DNA of 32,000 bases. Origin: Longivirga aurantiaca (GTDB lineage Bacteria > Actinomycetota > Actinomycetes > S36-B12 > CAIYMF01). The translations under genes were made by a program, and so were the position numbers. Where the stretch lies: the NCBI RefSeq assembly GCF_042660085.1, contig NZ_JBHSTI010000008.1, positions 600,001 through 632,000 on the forward strand, given 5' to 3'. This document shows positions 1-7,449 of this stretch, piece by piece. The notes under the pieces were generated by a model that had not been told where the DNA came from, made no database searches, and was given only the letters and a program-made list of their open reading frames with translations. Numbering within the stretch: the stretch's first letter is position 1; each line of letters opens with the position of its first letter.

Positions 1-957
1 CGCGCCGCGCGCGCTGCCGATGACGAGCTCGAACAGCCGGTCGTGCAACGCAGGGTCGTGCATCCAGAGCTGCGTCGCGTGGGTGAGGAACCCCAACGAT
101 GTGAGGTCGTCGTCGGCGAGCACCTGCGCCTCGGGCGAGGCCGGAGCCTCCGGCAGCAGCAGCGAGGCGTGCACGGCCGGACGATGCGCGGTGAGGCCGA
201 CGCACGCGATCTCCGCGCGCAGCGGCAGACCCTCGCGCAGCTGCTCGGTGGCGGCCTCGACGCAGCGCCGGTGGAACTCCTCCTCGCCGACCTGCTGGAT
301 CGCCTCGTACGCCGGGCCCGTCGAGGCGAGCATCCGCGCGAACGTCTCGGGGTCCGGGAACTCCCACGCGAAGGGCACCTCGTGACGCCGTACGCCGACG
401 AAGCCCGCCTCGGCAAGGACGGCCTCGCCCACGTCGGGACGCCCGAGCGACTTCATCCGCGCCTGGGCCTCGACCTTCTCCGGCGCGGCCAGGGTGAACG
501 GCAGCAGCGCCCACAGGCCGGGCGACGCCTTGACGTGGCCCCAGGTGGTGACGGCGATGCGGCCGCCCGGACGCAGCACGCGGCAGGCCTCGACGAGCGC
601 CTCCGGCGTCGTGGCCCACAGGCCGCGGAAGCTCGTGACGACGTCGAAGGACGCGTCGTCCCACGGCAGCGCAGCCATGTCGCCGACGCGGATGTCGCCG
701 TCGGGCACGCGGTCGCGCGCGATCGCCGTGAGGCGCGGCGATGCATCGACCCCCGCCACCGTCGCGCCGCGCGCGCGAGCGAGTTCCAGCGCGAGTCCGG
801 ATCCGCAGGCGATGTCGAGCAGGCGATCGCCCGCGCCGACGTCGAGGTGCTGGTGCATCGCGACGTACTCGCGCGACGCGGCCGGCTCGAGCAGGGTGGC
901 GAAGTCGACAGCGCGCCGGCCCCAGCCCTCGTCGACGGTGAGCCACTGGTCGGTCAT
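1..957 (-). CDS. Class I SAM-dependent methyltransferase domain protein; C-terminal end lies beyond the window edge
   Basis: The minus-strand frame is open from the ATG (957-955) to position 1. Hand translation gives MTDQWLTVDEGWGRRAVDFATLLEPAASREYVAMHQHLDVGAGDRLLDIACGSGLALELA..., with SAM-binding motif I (LDIACGSG) and downstream VAGVDASP, FDVVTSF and LRPGGRIAVTTWG motifs. It is missing from the ORF track only because no stop codon falls inside the window. An ATGA start/stop overlap (954-957) links it to the upstream LuxR gene. Confidence 0.75.
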   Translation of the reverse strand, partial: MTDQWLTVDEGWGRRAVDFATLLEPAASREYVAMHQHLDVGAGDRLLDIACGSGLALELARARGATVAGVDASPRLTAIARDRVPDGDIRVGDMAALPWDDASFDVVTSFRGLWATTPEALVEACRVLRPGGRIAVTTWGHVKASPGLWALLPFTLAAPEKVEAQARMKSLGRPDVGEAVLAEAGFVGVRRHEVPFAWEFPDPETFARMLASTGPAYEAIQQVGEEEFHRRCVEAATEQLREGLPLRAEIACVGLTAHRPAVHASLLLPEAPASPEAQVLADDDLTSLGFLTHATQLWMHDPALHDRLFELVIGSARGA

Positions 958-2573
958 CGGGATCCCTCGGTCAGCCCGTGGTCGGTCGCGTAGGTCGCTG
1001 CTGCGACGCGCGATCCGACGTCCAGGGCGGCGTAGATGTTGGCGATGTGCCGGTGCACCGTGTGCTCGCTCAGGTGGAGCTGGCGAGCGATCTCGGCGTT
1101 GCTGAGGCCGGCGGCGAGGAGTCGCAGCACCTCGGTCTGCCGCTCTGTCAGGGGCCCGTCGGCGGGCGTGCTCCTCAGCGGCCCGAGGATGGCCATGGCG
1201 GCGCGCTGCTGCTCGTCGGCGCGCACGTCGTCGGTCCGGCGCAGCGCGGCGGCGAGCTGCAGCCGAGCGTCGGCCTCATCGAACGGCCGCCCGGCGAGAT
1301 GGAAGCGGCGTACGGCGTCCTCCCACTTCTCGATCGCGGCGTCGTCGTCGGCGAGACGCGCCTCGGAGGAGTCTGCGTGCGCGGCGAGCGCGACGGTGCC
1401 GACGCGGTCGGCGATGCGGCGCAGCTCGGCGGCCGCCTGCTGCGCCTCGGCGAGGTTGCCCGCCGCGATGCCCGCGGCCACCGCGACGTCGAGGGCGCCG
1501 ACCCGCTCCAGAAGCTCGTCGCCGCGCATCGATCGGAGGAGCTCGGCGATGGTCGACCATGCACGCGCCGCATCGCCCTGGTCGAGCCGCAGCCGGGCGA
1601 GGCTTGTGACGGCCGCAGGCAGGTAGCCGGCCTGGGCCAGGAGCGCCTCGGCCTCGATGAGCCGGCCCTGCCTACGACGCACCTCGCCGAGCTGGGCGAC
1701 GGCGTCGAGCCGGCTCATCCGCTGCGATCGCTCGAGCCGGGACATCACATCGACCAGCGTCGACTCGGCGCCGGCGGAGTCTCCGCTCGCCAGCTGCACC
1801 GTGGCGTACTGCGTTCGGCAGACGGCGAACAGCGGGGCCAGCTCGTGCCGGACGCAGATGTCCTCGACGCGGGCGCACCAGTCACCGGCGCGCGCGAGGT
1901 CGTGCGTCTCCTGGCAGGCGCTGATGAGCCAGCAGCAGATCTTGCCCATCCACATGAGGCTCTCGACGTCGCCAGCTGTCGCCGCGGCGGCGGCCGAGTC
2001 GAGCGCAGCCATGCCGGGCACGACATCGCCGCAGCGCACGTGCGCCAGCCCCTCGAGGGCCTGCCCGACGATGGCGAGGTCGTCGTCACCGGTCGCCCGG
2101 CCCACGGCCGAGGCCCGTGCTGCTGCGTCGAGCGCGGCGGCCGAGTCGTGGTCGACGTTGAGCGCCACCTCGGCCTGCCTCACGGCGAGCCAGCCCGCCT
2201 CGGGCACGTCCGTCGCCCCTGCTAGGAGGTCGGCGGCCCGCGCGAGCCACCCGCGCCCGACTGCGACCCCTCTGCCGAACAGCATGGAGTCGTAGCCGAG
2301 CGAGGCGGCTGCCCGGGCGGCGCCCCTGTCGTCGCCCGTGGCACGGAAGCTGCGGTACGCCGCCTCACGGGCCTCGAGGCAGGTCCCGGCGTCGTCGAGC
2401 CACCACGCCGCCTCCGCGATCCCCTCGAATCCCTCGGGATCGCCGGTCATGGCCGCGAGCACCGTGAACCGGTCGACGGCCTCCGCCCACCGGCCGGCCT
2501 TCAGCGCTGCGCGCGCCTCCTCGCGGTCGTCGGTGGCGGTCATCGGGCCAGCGTGTCGGTCCAGGGTGAGCAC
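954..2573 (-). CDS. LuxR/FixJ-family transcriptional regulator with long helical-repeat (TPR-like) N-terminal region
   Basis: 539-aa ORF. The C-terminus carries a LuxR-type HTH: LTERQTEVLRLLAAGLSNAEIARQLHLSEHTVHRHIANIYAALDV. The N-terminal ~460 aa is Ala/Leu-rich repeat-like helix. The start is GTG at 2573 or ATG at 2543, and neither has a clear RBS. Confidence 0.85.
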   Translation of the reverse strand: MLTLDRHAGPMTATDDREEARAALKAGRWAEAVDRFTVLAAMTGDPEGFEGIAEAAWWLDDAGTCLEAREAAYRSFRATGDDRGAARAAASLGYDSMLFGRGVAVGRGWLARAADLLAGATDVPEAGWLAVRQAEVALNVDHDSAAALDAAARASAVGRATGDDDLAIVGQALEGLAHVRCGDVVPGMAALDSAAAAATAGDVESLMWMGKICCWLISACQETHDLARAGDWCARVEDICVRHELAPLFAVCRTQYATVQLASGDSAGAESTLVDVMSRLERSQRMSRLDAVAQLGEVRRRQGRLIEAEALLAQAGYLPAAVTSLARLRLDQGDAARAWSTIAELLRSMRGDELLERVGALDVAVAAGIAAGNLAEAQQAAAELRRIADRVGTVALAAHADSSEARLADDDAAIEKWEDAVRRFHLAGRPFDEADARLQLAAALRRTDDVRADEQQRAAMAILGPLRSTPADGPLTERQTEVLRLLAAGLSNAEIARQLHLSEHTVHRHIANIYAALDVGSRVAAATYATDHGLTEGSR

Positions 2574-2581
2574 GGCAACTG

Positions 2582-2806
2582 TCAGACGCCTGCGCCGGCG
2601 GCGAGCGCATGCACGTCGGCCGTCGTGAGCGCGTTGCCAGCGATGCCCCAGTCACCGCTCTGCACCTCGCGGATGACGCACCAGGTGACCGGGCGCATGT
2701 TCTCGCCCTCGATTCTCACCATCGCGTCGGTGAGCGTCGTGATGATCTGGTTCTTCTGCTCGGGCGTGAACACGTCCTTGATGACGTTGACCTCGATGAG
2801 CGGCAT
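2582..2806 (-). CDS. 4-oxalocrotonate tautomerase family protein
   Basis: 74 aa, beginning MPLIEVNVIKDVFTPEQK. This gives the catalytic Pro1 after Met removal and the typical tautomerase size and beta-alpha-beta start. An AGGAGG RBS lies upstream on the minus strand (2814-2819). Confidence 0.85.
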   Translation of the reverse strand: MPLIEVNVIKDVFTPEQKNQIITTLTDAMVRIEGENMRPVTWCVIREVQSGDWGIAGNALTTADVHALAAGAGV

Positions 2807-3015
2807 GCGAGCCTCCTGGCGTCGGGTTCACGGTCCCTGCGACCGTGCCGCCAGTCTTCGGGGCCGCACACCGTCGCCGCATCGACGGTGGAGGCCAACG
2901 TGGTCCAGCAGGCCATGGCCCGTCCGGGCCATGGTCCGTTCCCTGAAGCTCGACGGCTGCGCGCCCAGGCCGGTCGAACGGGTGAGGGCGGGGGCTGGAA
3001 GCTTCGCGACCGGGG

Positions 3016-3738
3016 TCAGGCTGGCACGGCGGTACGGCGGACTCCGATGACGAGCAGGTAGCCGACCATCCACAGCTCGCCGAGAGCCGCCGGGAACGTC
3101 AGGGCGTCGCCCAGAGCGCCTGCCGAGGGCGCGGCGTAGGTGACGAACGCGTTCAGGATGTAGCCCACGCCGCTGACGATCAGCAGCCACCCGAGCGCGG
3201 CCGGCATCCATCCGGAGCGGCGGGCCAACCAGCCCATGGGGATGAGCCAGAGACCGAAGAAGAGCGCCCCGACGCCCCACAGGTTCCCGCTGAGGAGGTA
3301 CAGGAGCTGTGTGGTCGCGGCCTCGGTCTCCGGGCTGTCGAGGGCGCCGCCGGCGACGTCGATGGCGGTGGCCAGTGCGGCGGCGCTGCCGAGGAGCGCG
3401 ACGGCGTTGACGGTGCCGAAGACCGCGATGGCGCCCGCGGCGAAGGAGTTGACCGAGCGGAACAGCCGGAAGAACCACAGCGCGCACAGCACCTGGGTGA
3501 GCACGAGCCCCAGCTCGAGGACCACGCCGAGTCGGGCGAGGCCCGGGTTCTCGACGAGGTTGGCCAGGGTGGCGGCCGGGTCGCCGTCCACGAAGAGCTG
3601 GGTGCGTACGAACAGGAAGCCGAGGCCGCCCGTGATGGCGACGCCCAGGTAGAGCAGGCCGGTCGCGCGGGCCGTGCGCACCAGGTCGGCGCGGGCCGCA
3701 TCGTGCTGGGGGACGGCGGGTGCCGCGGTCGTGGTCAT
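3016..3738 (-). CDS. DUF4386-like multi-pass membrane protein
   Basis: I take the start at the internal Met (MTTTAAPAVPQHDAARADLVRTARATGLLYLGVAITGG...), which is preceded by GGAGG. About six hydrophobic helices. The motifs FVDGDPAATLANLVENP and LWLIPMGWL match my recollection of DUF4386. The upstream part of the 300-aa track ORF is Arg/Pro-rich and overlaps the tetR promoter. Confidence 0.72.
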   Translation of the reverse strand: MTTTAAPAVPQHDAARADLVRTARATGLLYLGVAITGGLGFLFVRTQLFVDGDPAATLANLVENPGLARLGVVLELGLVLTQVLCALWFFRLFRSVNSFAAGAIAVFGTVNAVALLGSAAALATAIDVAGGALDSPETEAATTQLLYLLSGNLWGVGALFFGLWLIPMGWLARRSGWMPAALGWLLIVSGVGYILNAFVTYAAPSAGALGDALTFPAALGELWMVGYLLVIGVRRTAVPA

Positions 3739-3760
3739 GGGAGAGCCTCCGATCGACGTG

Positions 3761-3795
3761 TGCCTTACGTTGTAAGGCATCCTTACACGGTAAGG
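3761..3795. promoter_or_regulatory. Two tandem inverted repeats (CCTTAC-N3-GTAAGG) in the DUF4386/tetR divergent promoter; candidate TetR operators
   Basis: TGCCTTAC-GTT-GTAAGGCA lies at 3761-3779 and CCTTAC-ACG-GTAAGG at 3781-3795, with centres 18 bp apart. They sit between two divergent starts (3738 and 3821). TAAGGT (3791-3796) could serve as a -10 element for tetR. Confidence 0.55.
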
Positions 3796-3820
3796 TGGTC
3801 GCTGTCCAGGAGGAGGTCCG

Positions 3821-4507
3821 ATGACCGCGGAGGCAGTACGAGGCACGCTCAGCCGCGAGCGCGTGCTGGCGACGGCGATGACCGTGGCCGACGCCGACGG
3901 GCTCGCCGCCGTGACCATGCGGCGGGTGGCGTCCGAGCTCGGGGTGGAGGCGATGTCGCTCTACCACCACGTACCGAGCAAGGAGCAGCTCCTCGACGGC
4001 CTGGCCGACGCCCTCATCGTCGAGATCGCCGCCGCGGCGCCCGAGCGCGACCCGTCCGCGGACTGGCGGACGTCGCTGCGCCACCGGTGCCTGGCGGCGC
4101 GCGAGGTCGTCGTGCAGCACCGGTGGGGTCCCGAGCTCATCGGATCGCGCACCCAGGTGCCGATCAGCCTGGTGGTCCACTTCGAGGCGGTCCTCGCGAC
4201 CATGGTGGACGGCGGCCTCAGCTACCACCTCGCGCACCGCGGCCTGCACGCCCTCGGAAGCATGGTCCTGGGCTACTCGCAGGAGCTCTTCGCCGTGCCG
4301 CAGGGAGACGCCGACCCTGGCGCCGAGGTCGAGGCGCAGATGGCTGCGATGGCGGACTCCTTCCCCCACCTCACGGCGATGGTCGCCTCCGAGCTCCACG
4401 ACAACTCCGAGGACCCGTTGGGCTGGTGCGACAGCAACGCGGAGTTCGAGTTCACGCTCGACCTGATCCTCGACGGCCTCGCCCGCCATCACGACCCGCA
4501 CGCCTAG
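3821..4507 (+). CDS. TetR/AcrR-family transcriptional regulator
   Basis: 228 aa. N-terminal TetR HTH: RERVLATAMTVADADGLAAVTMRRVASELGVEAMSLYHHVPSKEQLLDGL. The C-terminal ligand domain resembles the tetracycline-repressor-like C domain (WCDSNAEFEFTLDLILDGL). An AGGAGGAGG RBS lies upstream. Confidence 0.9.
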   Translation: MTAEAVRGTLSRERVLATAMTVADADGLAAVTMRRVASELGVEAMSLYHHVPSKEQLLDGLADALIVEIAAAAPERDPSADWRTSLRHRCLAAREVVVQHRWGPELIGSRTQVPISLVVHFEAVLATMVDGGLSYHLAHRGLHALGSMVLGYSQELFAVPQGDADPGAEVEAQMAAMADSFPHLTAMVASELHDNSEDPLGWCDSNAEFEFTLDLILDGLARHHDPHA

Positions 4508-4573
4508 CCCTCAGACCCGCACGCGGACGGCTGCCCGGGAGCAGGAACCCGCCGATCCGAGTACGTTCCCATC

Positions 4574-5374
4574 ATGACCACCTCCGTGGGCGCGACCGAA
4601 CGACCGACCGGCGACGAGATCCCCGAGGCCAGGTTCACGCGGCTGCGGCGCTACAACCTGTTCATGGGCGTGCTGCACGCGCTCCAGGCGGTGGCCGTGA
4701 TCGCCCTCGCGACGGCGTTCGCCCTGCCGGTGACCGCAGCCTTCATGACGGGGCCGCCGGGATCCGCGCCGGCGGAGCCCGCGACGCTCTTCAACGTCAG
4801 CATCGCCTGGGGCTGCGCGATCTTCCTCCTGCTCTCGGCAGCGGCGCACTTCGTCATCGCCTCGCCCCAGGTCTTCCCGTGGTACCGCGCCAACCTGCGC
4901 CTCAGCCGCAACTACGCGCGCTGGATCGAGTACTCGCTGAGCTCGTCGGTGATGATCGTGCTCATCGCGCTGATCACCGGCATCAGCGACGTCGCCGCTC
5001 TCGTCGCGCTGTTCGGCGTCAACGTCTCGATGATCCTGTTCGGCCTGCTGCAGGAGAAGTACGAGAAGCCCGGCGGCGGGATGCTCCCGTTCTGGCTCGG
5101 CTGCATCGCCGGCATCACGCCGTGGATCGCGATCGGCATCTACCTCGTGAGCCCGGGAAACGCCGCCAGCCCGCCCGGATTCGTGTACGGGATCTTCGTG
5201 TCGCTGTTCGTCTTCTTCAACTGCTTCGCCCTCAACCAGTGGCTGCAGTACCGCCAGGTGGGCAAGTGGCGCGACTACCTCTACGGCGAGACCGTCTACA
5301 TCACCCTGAGCCTCGTGGCGAAGTCGCTGCTGGCCTGGCAGGTCTTCGCCGGCACCCTCGTCCCGCCGAACTGA
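4574..5374 (+). CDS. Heliorhodopsin (seven-TM retinal protein, inverted topology family)
   Basis: 266 aa and collinear with the heliorhodopsin 48C12 sequence as I remember it. Matching segments: FMGVLHALQAVAVIALA (His23 equivalent), AAAHFVIAS (His80 equivalent), RWIEYSLSSSVMIVLIA (counterion Glu), FGVNVSMILFGLLQEKY, LPFWLGCIAGITPWIAIGIYL, PGFVYGIFVSLFVFFNCFAL, and YITLSLVAKSLLAWQVFAGTL (Schiff-base Lys). Confidence 0.9.
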   Translation: MTTSVGATERPTGDEIPEARFTRLRRYNLFMGVLHALQAVAVIALATAFALPVTAAFMTGPPGSAPAEPATLFNVSIAWGCAIFLLLSAAAHFVIASPQVFPWYRANLRLSRNYARWIEYSLSSSVMIVLIALITGISDVAALVALFGVNVSMILFGLLQEKYEKPGGGMLPFWLGCIAGITPWIAIGIYLVSPGNAASPPGFVYGIFVSLFVFFNCFALNQWLQYRQVGKWRDYLYGETVYITLSLVAKSLLAWQVFAGTLVPPN

Positions 5375-5390
5375 CTCGGCACCAGCACGA

Positions 5391-5732
5391 TCAGGCGCGC
5401 AGCACCTTCTCCATCGGTCGGCCCTTGGCGAGCTCGTCGACGAGCTTGTCGAGGTAGCGGATCTGGCGCATGAGCGGGTCCTCGACCTCCTGCACCTTCA
5501 CCCCGCACACGCTCCCCGTGATGAGGGAGGCGTTCGGGTTCAGGTGCGCCGCGGCGAAGAAGTCCTCGAACGTCGTACCGGCCTCGAGGTGCCGCTGCAG
5601 GGTCGGCTCGTCGAACCCCGTGAGCCACGTGATCACCTGGTCGAGCTCGTCCTGCGAGCGACCCTTGCTCTCCACCTTGGTGATGTAGTGGGGGTAGACC
5701 GAGGCGACGCTCGTCGTGAAGATCCGGTGCAT
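5391..5732 (-). CDS. DUF2200 family protein
   Basis: 113 aa. The sequence [40 protein letters not shown]... matches the conserved DUF2200 N-terminus as I recall it. It is convergent with the heliorhodopsin gene, with a 16-nt gap. Confidence 0.8.
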   Translation of the reverse strand: MHRIFTTSVASVYPHYITKVESKGRSQDELDQVITWLTGFDEPTLQRHLEAGTTFEDFFAAAHLNPNASLITGSVCGVKVQEVEDPLMRQIRYLDKLVDELAKGRPMEKVLRA

Positions 5733-5897
5733 CCCGCGATGCTAGGCACACCGGCCGATCGCCGGACGGCGGTTCCCGCCGGCCCCGTGGTTGCCGGCTG
5801 CACCGGTCAAGTCCCGGGGGGTGCCGTGCCGAAGGAGAAGGGGTAGTACGGCGATCGCGGCGTCCGGCCGCGCGCCGACCGCGAAGGGCCCCAGCGC

Positions 5898-6086
5898 ATG
5901 AGCACCGACACCACGCAGCGCGTCGAGGAGATCCTCCGACCCGTCCTCGGCGACCAGGGCGTCGTCGGCTGGCTCAACCGCCCCCGCCATCAGCTCGGCA
6001 ACCGCACGCCGCGGCAGCTCCTCGTCGACGGCGACGACGACGACAGAGTGCTCGAGATGGCGCTGCGCCTGTCCCGCACCGCCTGA
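5898..6086 (+). CDS. DUF2384 (Xre/MbcA/ParS-type antitoxin C-terminal domain)-like miniprotein
   Basis: 62 aa. WLNRPRHQLGNRTPRQLLVDGDDDDRVLEMALRL resembles the toxin-binding DUF2384 motif (W..p...LgG.tP..ll). It has GC3-rich codons. There is no HTH domain and no adjacent RES or ART toxin gene. Confidence 0.5.
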   Translation: MSTDTTQRVEEILRPVLGDQGVVGWLNRPRHQLGNRTPRQLLVDGDDDDRVLEMALRLSRTA

Positions 6087-6092
6087 CGCAGG

Positions 6093-6488
6093 TCAGTCGA
6101 GCAGCGACGACGCGTCGTCCGGCGCATCGGCGGCGACGGCGAACAGCGCGTCCTCCGGCACGATGTCGAGTGCTGCGATGTTGGTCGCGCGCAGCACGAC
6201 CGGCGCCTGCACCCCCGCGGCGTAGGACTGGAACCAGCGCGCCGCGCAGACGGCCCAGCGGTCGCCCGGCTTCAGGCCGGGGAAGCCGTACTGCGGTGCC
6301 GGCGTGGAGAGATCGTTGCCGGTCTGCTTCTGGTGCTCGAGGAACTCGGCCGTGACGACCGTGCACACCGTGTGCGAGCCGACGTCCTCGGGCCCGGTGG
6401 TCGTGTATCCGTCGCGGTAGAAGCCGGTGATCGGCTCGAGGGAGCAGACCTCGAGGGGCTCGCCGTGCACGTTCGCCTGCAGCTCCAT
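6093..6488 (-). CDS. DUF2237 family protein
   Basis: 131 aa. NVHGEPLEVCSLEPITGFYRDGYTTTGPEDVGSHTVCTVVTAEFLEHQKQTGNDLSTP...GLKPGDRWAVCAARW is the characteristic DUF2237 pattern. Confidence 0.85.
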   Translation of the reverse strand: MELQANVHGEPLEVCSLEPITGFYRDGYTTTGPEDVGSHTVCTVVTAEFLEHQKQTGNDLSTPAPQYGFPGLKPGDRWAVCAARWFQSYAAGVQAPVVLRATNIAALDIVPEDALFAVAADAPDDASSLLD

Positions 6489-6581
6489 GCGCCCACCCTA
6501 GGACGACCCACAGCAGGGGGCACGGCCCGCTGACCGGCGGACAGGATTGGCCTCGGCCGGTTCCTCACGTACGTTGGACGC

Positions 6582-6968
6582 GTGAGCCAGCCGAGCGGTC
6601 GACGCGCAGCCTTCGGGGCCGCGCTCCTCGGCGTGCTGCTCCTGCTGGTGTCCGGAGTCGCAGGCGCCCTGCCCCAGTCGGTCGCCACCGCTCCCGTGGC
6701 CGCCTCATCCTCGGCGCCGTCGCTCGAGGCCTCGACGTCGCAGCTCGGTCATGCCGCGCTGCGCACGTCGCACGCCTCGGTGACCGGTGCCATCGGCGCC
6801 GATCGCAGCGCGGTGGGCAAGGGCTCGTCCTCTGCCGTTCCCGTCACCCTGCTCCTCCTGGCGCTCGCGTGCCTGGCCATCGCCGTACGCCGTGCCCGGA
6901 CGCCGATGTCGTCCGCGCCCGTGCGTGCGCGCGGCTCACGCGCCCCGCCGACGCTCGCGTCCTGCTGA
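6582..6968 (+). CDS. Hypothetical small exported protein (N-terminal signal/TM, Ser/Ala-rich middle, C-terminal TM plus basic tail)
   Basis: GTG start with strongly GC3-biased codons. The N-terminus RRAAFGAALLGVLLLLVSGVAGA looks like a signal peptide. The C-terminus is PVTLLLLALACLAIAVRRART. TACGTT lies 6 nt upstream of the GTG, consistent with a leaderless -10 geometry. I recognise no homologous family. Confidence 0.4.
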   Translation: MSQPSGRRAAFGAALLGVLLLLVSGVAGALPQSVATAPVAASSSAPSLEASTSQLGHAALRTSHASVTGAIGADRSAVGKGSSSAVPVTLLLLALACLAIAVRRARTPMSSAPVRARGSRAPPTLASC

Positions 6969-7107
6969 CGCCAGCGCGCTGACGCCGTAGCTGCGTCCGT
7001 CACGTCTCCTCGCGGTCCGTCGACCGCCCCTCCGCCCTTCCACGTCGCCGCCCTGGTGCGGCACGTGCCGGCGACGTCCCCGACGTCGCGCCTTCCCGGG
7101 AGAAGCC

Positions 7108-7449
7108 ATGCACATCCCCGTCGCCGACCGACCGCTCTCCGTGCGCGATCTCCGCGCCGTGCGCCAGCGCCTCGTGTCGATGCACGCGCATCTCGACGAG
7201 CAGATGGACCGCGCCACCACGGCGCTCGACCTGCTGCGAACGACCGCCGACGTCGCCGACCCAGAGGTGCAGCCGCCGCTGATGTCGGCCCTGCGGCTCC
7301 TCGACGTCGCCGAGCGTGAGGCGTCCGATGTGATCCACGCGCTGACCCGCCTCGCGGACGGCCGCTACGGGCGCTGCGACGTGTGCGGCGTTCAGATCCC
7401 GGTCGAGGTGCTGCTCGACCGCCCCCTCGCGCGGACGTGCGGACGATGA
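7108..7449 (+). CDS. TraR/DksA-family zinc-finger protein (finger lacks the fourth Cys)
   Basis: 113 aa. The coiled-coil-like N-terminal part is followed by DGRYGRCDVCGVQIPVEVLLDRPLARTCGR-stop, which is C-x2-C-x17-C-x2-stop. A GGGAGAAG RBS lies upstream. The stop overlaps the secDF ATG (ATGA at 7446-7449). Confidence 0.7.
   Translation: MHIPVADRPLSVRDLRAVRQRLVSMHAHLDEQMDRATTALDLLRTTADVADPEVQPPLMSALRLLDVAEREASDVIHALTRLADGRYGRCDVCGVQIPVEVLLDRPLARTCGR

Noticed and set aside
7447-7449. TGA at the expected fourth-Cys position of the TraR/DksA finger, considered as a possible selenocysteine or read-through codon.
   Set aside because: Reading through in the same frame gives about 175 further codons of Arg/Pro/Ser-rich junk (the 7453-7977 track ORF) that fully overlaps the well-supported secDF frame. 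No obvious stem-loop follows the TGA. Ordinary termination with ATGA coupling is the simpler reading.
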